Assembly: GCA_963704755.1 (NCBI GenBank)
Contig: OY969938.1
Coordinates: 840,001 to 872,000 of the forward strand
Reading direction: 5' to 3'
DNA: 32,000 nucleotides
Origin: an uncultured Chloroflexia bacterium
Lineage (GTDB): Bacteria; Chloroflexota; Anaerolineae; Anaerolineales; Anaerolineaceae
Below, in pieces: positions 24,901 to 32,000 of the stretch. The position numbers were made by a program, and so were the translations under genes. Positions within the stretch are counted from its first letter, which is position 1, and each line of letters starts with the position of its first letter. Below the pieces are notes generated by a model. It was not told the DNA's origin. It saw nothing but the letters and a program-made list of their open reading frames with translations, and did not search any database.

Positions 24901-25893
24901 TTACTCTTTTTCGAACGGCACACCCAAAGAGGCCGGAGGAGAGGTACGCATGCCCCGCAAGATTTTGGCGATCGTCCGCCTCACATCCTCCGGGAGCCCG
25001 GCAAGGGTACGATCGACCCAATCCGCGTTGCCCAGGTTGACGAAGAGCAAAGCTAAAATCATCAGCGGGAAAGGCGCAACCTGAAAAACGCGCGAGTTGA
25101 CGTTAGGCAGCAGGGGTTGTAACACAATCCCCATGTATTGCAGCACCACGAACAGGTAGGCACCCAAAGCGCCTTTGACCGGGTGCCAGCCGCCGAAGAT
25201 GGTAATCGCCAGGATGATCCAGCCAATCCCATCGAAACCGGAGAGCTGACCGTTCCAGGTCTTTACGCTCAGCGAATACAGCGCCCCGCCCACACCGACC
25301 AGGGCCCCGCCCAGGCCGGTATAAATATACCGCATCCGGTTCACATTCGCGCCGCGGATATAGGCGGCCGAAGGCCGTTCGCCAATCCCTTGCAGCATCA
25401 AACCCTGGTGCGTCTTGAAGATATAGATATAAGCCACAAAAATCAACAAGTAGCTTAAATAGGTCAAAATCGTCTGCTTGAATAAGACTGTCCCCACAAA
25501 CGGAATTTGAGACAGGAGCGGAATGGCCACCTGCGGCAGCAATTTCACCGGCTTGCCAACAAAAGGCGCACCCAGGAAGTAAGCCAGGCTCTTGGTCGCG
25601 ATGGCCAGCACATAGCCAACGGCGACCTGAGATTGCTTCAAGGAGATACTCATGAACGCGATCAGCAAGGCAATAAAACCACCCACCAGAGCGGCAGCCA
25701 AAAAGCCGGCCACAAAATTGTCGGTCGTGGTGGCCACGGCAAAACCGACCATCGCCGTCAGGATCAGGCTGCCGTTCAAAGACAGGTTGATGACCCCGGC
25801 TCGCTCCGTGATCGTCTCGCCAATCACACCAAAAATCACCGGGCCTGCCCAGGCAAAAATGGAACTAATGCTGTTGGCTAATGAGCTATCCAT
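24901..25893 (-). CDS. ABC transporter permease (BMP/nucleoside-type system)
   Basis: 330-aa ORF with about 9 hydrophobic helices. It overlaps the upstream permease by 8 nt. Confidence 0.85.
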   Translation of the reverse strand: MDSSLANSISSIFAWAGPVIFGVIGETITERAGVINLSLNGSLILTAMVGFAVATTTDNFVAGFLAAALVGGFIALLIAFMSISLKQSQVAVGYVLAIATKSLAYFLGAPFVGKPVKLLPQVAIPLLSQIPFVGTVLFKQTILTYLSYLLIFVAYIYIFKTHQGLMLQGIGERPSAAYIRGANVNRMRYIYTGLGGALVGVGGALYSLSVKTWNGQLSGFDGIGWIILAITIFGGWHPVKGALGAYLFVVLQYMGIVLQPLLPNVNSRVFQVAPFPLMILALLFVNLGNADWVDRTLAGLPEDVRRTIAKILRGMRTSPPASLGVPFEKE

Positions 25894-26983
25894 TCAGGAC
25901 TCCTTTGCTTTTTTTGGAGAGAACTTTACGGACGCCATCCATCATCAAGACGAAAATCACCAGCGATCCCTGGATAACTCCGGACAGGTTTGAATCCAGT
26001 TTCAAGTCGATGCCCAGGCCGGCTGCGCCTTTGCTCAGGGCGATAAAAACAAAGGCAATCGGCGCCGTAACAAGCGGCTGGTAGTTGACCAGCATTCCTA
26101 CCATCAACCCCAGGTAGCCATATCCACCCGAAATGTTGTTGCGCAGGACGTGGTTGAAACCGGTTACCTGTAAGGCGCCTGTCAAACCGGCGAAAACACC
26201 GCAAAGGATGAACGACAGCAGCATATAGCGGTTGGTGGGGATACCCAGCATAAAGGAGGATTTGTTGTTTTTTCCAACCGCTTTCAACTTCAAACCAAAG
26301 TAGGTGCCCTGCAGGATGACGGTCACCAAAATAACCCCGACGATCGCGATCCCCAGCGCCCACAAGCTCAAATAGGTGCCTTTAATTTGCGGCAGCCAGT
26401 AAATCTTGTCCAGCATCTGGGTGCTGCCGTTGGCAACCCCTGCCGGTTTCCAAGGGCCATACACCAGGAAGAGCATGACTGCATCGGCGATGAAGTTGAA
26501 CCCCAGGCCACCGAAGATTTCGTTTACGCCACCGAAATTCTTCAATAAGCCCACCAGGAACGCCCAGAATGCACCACCGACGATCCCGCTCAGAATAGCC
26601 AGGGAAATGACCAGTGCTGCCGGTGCGTTACCACCATTGAACACCCGGATTATCCCATAAGCAAAGATGGCCCCCATCTCGATCTGGCCTTCCATGCCAA
26701 TGTTCCATAACCCGGCGGTAAAAGTGAACATTAATCCAACAGAAGCCAGAACCAACGGCACCCAGGCTTGCAGCACCTGGGTAAAGGCGTCGCCCGAACC
26801 GACTGAACCCCGCAGGATTACCGAAAATACTTTAAGCGGATTGGCATTCATCCCCCAGACAATTAAACAGGTCACCAGTAAAGCCAGAACAACAGCAATC
26901 GTAATCGCGCTATAACGATTGGTCAAAAGGGTAAAGATAAATGAGTTCTGGTTGGTAGGGTTATTGTCTTCTTTTTTTGTCAT
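25886..26983 (-). CDS. ABC transporter permease (BMP/nucleoside-type system)
   Basis: Polytopic ORF. I prefer the start at MTKKEDNN (26983) because AGGA lies 9 nt upstream. The track start (27013) would overlap the ATPase gene by 16 nt. Confidence 0.8.
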   Translation of the reverse strand: MTKKEDNNPTNQNSFIFTLLTNRYSAITIAVVLALLVTCLIVWGMNANPLKVFSVILRGSVGSGDAFTQVLQAWVPLVLASVGLMFTFTAGLWNIGMEGQIEMGAIFAYGIIRVFNGGNAPAALVISLAILSGIVGGAFWAFLVGLLKNFGGVNEIFGGLGFNFIADAVMLFLVYGPWKPAGVANGSTQMLDKIYWLPQIKGTYLSLWALGIAIVGVILVTVILQGTYFGLKLKAVGKNNKSSFMLGIPTNRYMLLSFILCGVFAGLTGALQVTGFNHVLRNNISGGYGYLGLMVGMLVNYQPLVTAPIAFVFIALSKGAAGLGIDLKLDSNLSGVIQGSLVIFVLMMDGVRKVLSKKSKGVLNG

Positions 26984-26997
26984 AATCCGTATCCTGT

Positions 26998-28485
26998 TTA
27001 TGAAGCTTCCCAACCTTTACCACCAATTAACTGTCCAAGCTGATCGACAGTCACTTGAGACGCATCCAGCGGTTTAGAAACCCTTCCGCCAAAGAAAACC
27101 AGAATCCGGTCGCTGTAATGCAAAATCTCGTCCAGGTCGGAGGAAATGAACAGAATGCTGGCGCCTTCGGCGCAGCGCTGCTTCATTTTGCTCCAGATAT
27201 ACATGGACGACTCGATATCGAGACCGCGGGTAGGGTGATCCAATAAAAGCAGCTTAAGCGGCTGGCGCATAAGCGCCAGTTCGGCCCGCTGCTGGTTTCC
27301 TCCGGATAACGATTCGATTTTGTTTTCTGGCGTTCCCTTAATATTGAAATCTCTGATGCGATGTTCAGTCAACTGCATGGCCGCTTTTTGATCGACAAAA
27401 AAGCCGCTTTGTTTCTCCGCCAGAATAAAATGCTCTTTCAGGTTCAATCCGGCGATCAGCCCTTCTTCCAGCCTGGCAGCCGGCAGGAAAGAAATCCCGG
27501 CTTCCTTGTAATCAAAATAATGCCGGCCGGTGAAATCTTTTTTGGAGCCGTCGCCATTGTGCAGCCAGATGTGCCCTCCGGATGGGCGGATAATTCCGGC
27601 CAAAGATCGTAATATCAGCCCCTGGCCCGAGCCTTCCATCCCGGCCAGGCCGATCACTTCGCCTTTTTGAATGTAGAAATTTACGTTATTAATGGGCAGA
27701 CGAATATCATCGATCTTCAGGTCGCTGACTTCGATATTGACGTTATCCTGGGAGGTACAGATTTTATCGCTTTGCTTTAACGATTTGCCAAACATTAATT
27801 CGACAAGTTTGTCGGTGTTATAGGGCGGTTTCATTTGCCCGACATTAATGCCTTGTCGAAAGACCGCAATTTGGCTGCACAATGATTCCACTTCTTCCAG
27901 TTTGTGCGAAACAAATATGATTACTTTGCCCTGTTCGGATAATTTACGCACCGTTGCAAAAAGCTGTTGCTTCTGCACGGCCGATATACCCGTGGTTGGT
28001 TCGTCCAGGATCAGCACCTCGGCTCCCAGCCACAATAGTCGAATAATTTCTAGTTGCTGCCGTTCGCCTACGGTCAAATTCTCGATGTAGGCGTCCGGCG
28101 AAATCGAAAAGTTAAACTGCTTTTGAAATTCCTGGAACTCATGCAAAACTTTCTTGCGGTTCGGGAATGTGCCTTCCCGGCTTCCGATGATGAGATTGTC
28201 CAATACCTTCATCGGTGGGAAATCCAGCGGGTCCTGGTGAAGCATTCCGATACCCAACCGGACCGAATCCGCCGGGGATGAAATCGTTACTTCTTTTCCG
28301 TCCAGCAAAATCTTTCCGGAATCGGCTGAGATAAAGCCGGAAAGAATTTTCATCAATGTACTTTTTCCGGCTCCGTTTTCGCCTAAAATACCCTGCACTT
28401 CCCCTGACTTAACCAGCAGGGAAATGTCGTTATTGGCATGAACTTTTCCAAATCTTTTATGGATACTTTGTAACTCTACGTCCAT
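26998..28485 (-). CDS. ABC transporter ATP-binding protein, duplicated ATPase cassette
   Basis: 495-aa ORF. Walker A is GENGAGKST, the signature is LTVGERQQ, and Walker B is VLILDEPT. The second cassette has GMEGSGQG, LSGGNQQR and LLLLDHPTRGLD. Confidence 0.92.
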   Translation of the reverse strand: MDVELQSIHKRFGKVHANNDISLLVKSGEVQGILGENGAGKSTLMKILSGFISADSGKILLDGKEVTISSPADSVRLGIGMLHQDPLDFPPMKVLDNLIIGSREGTFPNRKKVLHEFQEFQKQFNFSISPDAYIENLTVGERQQLEIIRLLWLGAEVLILDEPTTGISAVQKQQLFATVRKLSEQGKVIIFVSHKLEEVESLCSQIAVFRQGINVGQMKPPYNTDKLVELMFGKSLKQSDKICTSQDNVNIEVSDLKIDDIRLPINNVNFYIQKGEVIGLAGMEGSGQGLILRSLAGIIRPSGGHIWLHNGDGSKKDFTGRHYFDYKEAGISFLPAARLEEGLIAGLNLKEHFILAEKQSGFFVDQKAAMQLTEHRIRDFNIKGTPENKIESLSGGNQQRAELALMRQPLKLLLLDHPTRGLDIESSMYIWSKMKQRCAEGASILFISSDLDEILHYSDRILVFFGGRVSKPLDASQVTVDQLGQLIGGKGWEAS

Positions 28486-28510
28486 GGAACCTCACTCGGG
28501 TACGAATAGC

Positions 28511-28541
28511 GAGAGGGAAGGCATTGGATACCTTCCCTCTC
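28511..28541 (-). promoter_or_regulatory. Intercistronic stem-loop between the binding-protein and ATPase genes
   Basis: GAGAGGGAAGG cattggata CCTTCCCTCTC. It is a perfect 11-bp stem with no U-tract, inside the 68-nt gap. Confidence 0.55.
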
Positions 28542-28553
28542 AAAGTGATCAGA

Positions 28554-29924
28554 CTATTTGGCGACGCTATCGCCAGTCATACCCTCAAGCAACTGCGGCA
28601 TGTACCAGATCTGTTGGTCAGTGGCAGTTACACCATCCGCCAGGAAGACGGTCCCATCCTGGTAGTTTAGTGGTCCGGTGTACAGGTCCAGGCCACCGGC
28701 GAGTTCAGCAATAAACGAATCGAGTTTTGTGGAGTTATCGGCGGATAAGCCGGCGCTCTTCTTGAAGCCAACCGGGGAAGTATCGGGATTGTTAATATCG
28801 GTCCAATCCGGAGCACCCCAAACGAACTGGCGTGAATAGGTACCATCCTGCACTGATTTCAGTACCGGCAGCATCATAACGCCCCAATTGAAGTACGGAA
28901 CGCCCAGGCAGGCATCTGGAGCGACATCGCAGGCATTTTCGTAATCATACTGCACCGCATACACATCGCTGCCCTGATCGCGGAATTTCTTGGCTTCGGT
29001 GACGGCCTCGGTCGAATCGATACCGGAGATGACCACATCATAGCCATCGGTGAAGAAGGTATCCGCTACCTGGGTCGGGTCCAGGGTAACGCCAGGGATA
29101 TTGAACCACATACCAATCCAGGTCACCTTGAAGTCCAGCGGAGTGGTCTGTTTGGCAATGTTCTTCCAGCAGTATTCTGCGCCCAAATAAGCCGAATCGG
29201 CCAGGCGGCGGGTCTCATCATTGATCAATGGTCCAAGGAAACCGATCTTACCGGTCTTGGTGGTCAGGGCGGCTGAACAGCCGGCCATCATCTTGCCATA
29301 GATCATCTTGCCCATCAAATCGCTTTCGTTGGTCATATCGGCCTGATAGCGCTGACCGTCTTGCCAGGCGAAATCGCCGGATAACCAGATCACCGGTACA
29401 TCCGGATGTGCAGCGGTAAACTCGGTCACACCGTCTTTCATATCATCCGAATTGAAGACGATAGCCTTCGCGCCGCGGCTCAATAGTTGCTCGGCGAATT
29501 GGGCGGCCGTAGTATTCGGGTTCGAAGCGGTGTTGACATTGTCTGCATATAAGAATTTGGTGTTATCCATCTTGGATGAGACGTATTGCGCGCCAAGATA
29601 GGTGGCAGTCGACCAGCCGTTATCATTGTAAGGGCCGACCAGGAGCATACCAAAACAGAATTCACCTTCCTGGCATTGGCCAGTGGTGTCATCAGCTCCA
29701 AGGGTAGGCGCTGTCGTAGCTTCAGGCGCAGTGGTGACTTCGGGAGCAGTGGTGGCTTCAGCGGCCATGGTAGGAGCCATGGTTGCTTCTGCAGGGGCGC
29801 TCGTGGGAGCAGTGGTTGCGGGTTCAGTGGTAGGTGCTGCGGTTGGCGTCGATTGGCAAGCCGACGCAATCATAGCCAAAATCAGGAACATACTTGCGAT
29901 TAGCCATATATGGTGCTTTTTCAT
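28554..29924 (-). CDS. BMP-family ABC transporter substrate-binding lipoprotein with a Thr/Ala/Pro-rich linker
   Basis: The signal peptide plus lipobox is MKKHHIWLIASMFLILAMIASAC. A linker of about 55 aa is TAP-rich (TTAPEVTTAPEATTAP). LLVGPYNDNGWS is a BMP/PnrA-like pattern. GGAGGAGATT precedes the ATG. Confidence 0.85.
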   Translation of the reverse strand: MKKHHIWLIASMFLILAMIASACQSTPTAAPTTEPATTAPTSAPAEATMAPTMAAEATTAPEVTTAPEATTAPTLGADDTTGQCQEGEFCFGMLLVGPYNDNGWSTATYLGAQYVSSKMDNTKFLYADNVNTASNPNTTAAQFAEQLLSRGAKAIVFNSDDMKDGVTEFTAAHPDVPVIWLSGDFAWQDGQRYQADMTNESDLMGKMIYGKMMAGCSAALTTKTGKIGFLGPLINDETRRLADSAYLGAEYCWKNIAKQTTPLDFKVTWIGMWFNIPGVTLDPTQVADTFFTDGYDVVISGIDSTEAVTEAKKFRDQGSDVYAVQYDYENACDVAPDACLGVPYFNWGVMMLPVLKSVQDGTYSRQFVWGAPDWTDINNPDTSPVGFKKSAGLSADNSTKLDSFIAELAGGLDLYTGPLNYQDGTVFLADGVTATDQQIWYMPQLLEGMTGDSVAK

Positions 29925-30196
29925 AATCTCCTCCGATTTTGAGACTAGGTGTTGAAAAAGTTAAACGAAATCAACAGTTTGGAAATTTAGGAGCAAGTGG
30001 ACCAAGCGCCTCCTTCCTTATTGGTTATTTAATGAGGGACAGAATCCAAGCTTACCATTAGTAAGAAAGAACCCTGGAACCGGTAAGCAAACCCCAGGGC
30101 AATATGGATATTTTACACGAAAAAGGCACCAATACAAGGTGTTCCAAAGGCTTGTACATACAAACTTTACGGCTAAAGAATAATTGTTCGGAAAAT

Positions 30197-30214
30197 ATTA
30201 CCCGTTTGGGTAAT
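30197..30214 (-). terminator. Small terminator-like hairpin downstream of carbamate kinase
   Basis: The minus strand reads ATTACCC aaac GGGTAAT followed by ATTTTCC. Confidence 0.4.
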
Positions 30215-30324
30215 GAAATAGCTAGGGCTGCTCTCGAAACAGATCGATCAACTTGAGCACGAGTTGGAGGGTTTCGTTTCATTGATGTGCTTATCCTCTC
30301 AAGAACAGCCCTGATAATCACTTT

Positions 30325-31272
30325 TTACGGTTCGATCCAGGTGCCGGTCTCGCCTTTGAGGGCCCGGCCGATATTCTCAGGGTTGGTGATCAGGGCTTTT
30401 TTGCCACCATTCTCTAGGAATTTGATGATCGCCTGGATTTTCGGGAGCATACTGCCCTTGGCAAACTGGCCTTCCTCGGCGTATTTCTTCGCTTCGGCAA
30501 CCGTCAGGTGATCCAGCCACTGGACGTTGGGCTTGTTGAAGTTGATGGCCACTTTTTCCACGGCGGTGCTGATGACGAACAGGTCGGCGTTGATGATGGT
30601 CGCCAGCAGGGAAGAGCCAAAATCTTTGTCGATGACCGCCTCTACGCCGCGGATATCCCCGTTCGGGTCTTTCACCACCGGGATTCCACCGCCACCCACG
30701 CCTACCACGATGATGCCCGCATCGATCAGGGCTTTGATCGCGTCGGCTTCGACGATATGGACGGGCTTGGGGGAAGCCACAACCCGGCGCCAACCCCGGC
30801 CGGCATCTTCCACGATCACCCAACCGTCCTCAGCATTCCGGCGTTTAGCGGTTTCTTCATCCATAAAGGAACCGATCGGTTTGCTGGGGTTCTCGAAAGC
30901 CGGGTCTTTCTCATCCACAATCGTCTGAGTCACCACTGCCGCTGCCTGCTTGTCCATCTTGCGGGTCTTGAATTCGTTGGTCAGCGCGCGCGCGAACATG
31001 TACCCGATCGCGCCTTGCGAATCAGCACCGCAGTAATCCAGCGGGACCTCGTGCAGCTCTTTTGCCGACAACTCAGAGCGCCGCAGGATAAAGCCGACCT
31101 GAGGGCCATTTCCATGGGTCACGACGACGCTCCAGCCTTCGGCGATCATATCGACGATGTGGTGCATCGATTCGGCGCCGGCCGTATATTGGTCTTGGAT
31201 GGCTGTGTGGTTCTTATCGATGATTAAAGAGTTTCCGCCAACTGCTACAACCGCTACACCTTTTTTCTCCAT
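30325..31272 (-). CDS. arcC: Carbamate kinase
   Basis: 315-aa ORF with VVAVGGNSL, VVTHGNGPQVG and GGGGIPVV. AAGGAG lies 8 nt upstream. Confidence 0.92.
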   Translation of the reverse strand: MEKKGVAVVAVGGNSLIIDKNHTAIQDQYTAGAESMHHIVDMIAEGWSVVVTHGNGPQVGFILRRSELSAKELHEVPLDYCGADSQGAIGYMFARALTNEFKTRKMDKQAAAVVTQTIVDEKDPAFENPSKPIGSFMDEETAKRRNAEDGWVIVEDAGRGWRRVVASPKPVHIVEADAIKALIDAGIIVVGVGGGGIPVVKDPNGDIRGVEAVIDKDFGSSLLATIINADLFVISTAVEKVAINFNKPNVQWLDHLTVAEAKKYAEEGQFAKGSMLPKIQAIIKFLENGGKKALITNPENIGRALKGETGTWIEP

Positions 31273-31401
31273 ACAAATTGCTCCTTAGAACCTGAAGTAA
31301 TCAATAAATATCTATCCAAATTTCGTTCCGTAAGCCTGGCCTGCACAGTTGGCCTGGGTAAACCAGGCTCACCGGTTAACTTCTTTCGGATAAGGTCTTG
31401 C

Positions 31402-32000
31402 CTAGGACATCGTTAAAGCCATTACGGCAGAACAAATGTGCAGTTTGTTTTCGGCCTCGTCGAAAATAACCGAATTGGGGCCATCCATGACGGCACTGGT
31501 CACTTCAACCTCCCGGTCAGCCGGTAACGGGTGCATGAAGATGGCATCTTCCTTCGCCAGGGCCATCTTGCGCTCGTCGGTGATCCAGTTGCCGTACTTT
31601 TTGATGATTTCGCCGGCCTCTTTCCCATCCGTGGTGGTCATCCAGGGCCCCCAGGATTTGGGGTAGATCACATCGGCATCCTTGAAGGCTGCTTCCATAT
31701 CATCGGTGACCTCGAAGCTGGCCCCAGCCTTGCGGGCTTCTTCTTTGGCCATTTCGATGGTGGCATCGGGCAGCTTGAATTCTGGTGGATGGGCCAGTAC
31801 CAGGTCGATACCGAAGCGCGGCAACTGCAGCACCATCGAATTCGGGATGGACATGGGTTTCTGGTAGGATTCGGCGTATGCCCAGGACATCACCATCTTC
31901 TTGCGTTTGAGGTTGCGGCCCTTCTTCTCCATGATGGTCATCAGGTCGGCCAGGATCTGGAAGGGATGGTAATACTCGCACTGCATGTTGAAGACCGGCG
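31402..32000 (-). CDS. Carbamoyltransferase, C-terminal two-thirds (5' end outside the window); resembles the knotted AOTCase/YgeW-like branch rather than classical OTC
   Basis: Motifs are (PVFN)MQCEYYHPFQILAD, VIYPKSWGPW (classical OTC has TDVW.SMG), FMHPLPADR..EVT and IFDEAENKLH. The reading frame continues open to position 32000. Confidence 0.75.
   Translation of the reverse strand, partial: PVFNMQCEYYHPFQILADLMTIMEKKGRNLKRKKMVMSWAYAESYQKPMSIPNSMVLQLPRFGIDLVLAHPPEFKLPDATIEMAKEEARKAGASFEVTDDMEAAFKDADVIYPKSWGPWMTTTDGKEAGEIIKKYGNWITDERKMALAKEDAIFMHPLPADREVEVTSAVMDGPNSVIFDEAENKLHICSAVMALTMS

Noticed and set aside
30000-30130. A purine riboswitch upstream of the nucleoside-type ABC operon (GGTTTGCTTACCGG resembles the GUUUCUACC junction).
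   Set aside because: The flanking helices do not form the three-way junction, and the UAUA / CCGUAAA / GACUA elements I recall are missing. The resemblance is limited to one short segment.
30058-30321. 87-aa minus-strand ORF in the leader of the ABC operon.
   Set aside because: It has no RBS and odd composition, and it coincides with predicted RNA helices.
30329-30338. GGTTCGATCC, a tRNA T-loop-like decamer.
   Set aside because: The flanking bases cannot form a T-stem or the rest of a cloverleaf, and it lies inside the carbamate kinase coding sequence.
23829-30823. Same-strand alternative-frame ORFs inside thrC (23829-24221), a permease (25926-26363), the binding protein (29480-29869) and arcC (30377-30823).
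   Set aside because: Each is nested in a gene with clear family motifs and encodes Arg/Pro/Gly-rich sequence.

Overview
This 32-kb segment looks chromosomal and is coded almost entirely on the minus strand. I found no rRNA, tRNA, CRISPR array, transposase, integrase or recognisable defence gene.

Gene content, left to right:
- The 5' part of a TPP-dependent E1-alpha dehydrogenase gene (-).
- A small redox islet: hemerythrin (+), MarR (-), FMN reductase (+).
- ppdK (-).
- An orphan CheY-type receiver (+) and a small zinc-ribbon protein (+).
- A tdk-hpt-cca-alpha/beta-hydrolase operon (-).
- rplU-rpmA, plus an rpmE whose product carries an extra RNA-polymerase-alpha-CTD-like domain (-).
- A duplicated CxxC protein (+) and a 393-aa coiled-coil protein (-).
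- An operon of dihydropyrimidinase/hydantoinase plus three translationally coupled, degenerate antiporter-like membrane proteins (-).
- A GT2 glycosyltransferase coupled to a TrpB-fold PLP enzyme (-), and a thrC-like gene (-).
- A four-gene BMP-family ABC importer (-).
- Carbamate kinase and a knotted-type carbamoyltransferase (-), the latter running off the right edge.

What the gene list does not explain: most sizeable intergenic gaps hold a long palindrome with a 13-32 bp stem.
- Three of them are 112-113 bp elements with related terminal inverted repeats and 8-bp flanking duplications.
- One element sits inside the arm of another, with a duplicated target.
- Otherwise unrelated stems share a GGGTGTTT base and a GCAAAGC tip.
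- I read this as a recently mobile family of non-autonomous (MITE/REP-like) hairpin elements, some now positioned as terminators.

Other points: three single-base insertions in 3-nt homopolymers break otherwise intact genes. They may be assembly errors or real, so every indel-sensitive call carries that caveat. My taxon guess is weak: a Chloroflexota-like member of the Terrabacteria.
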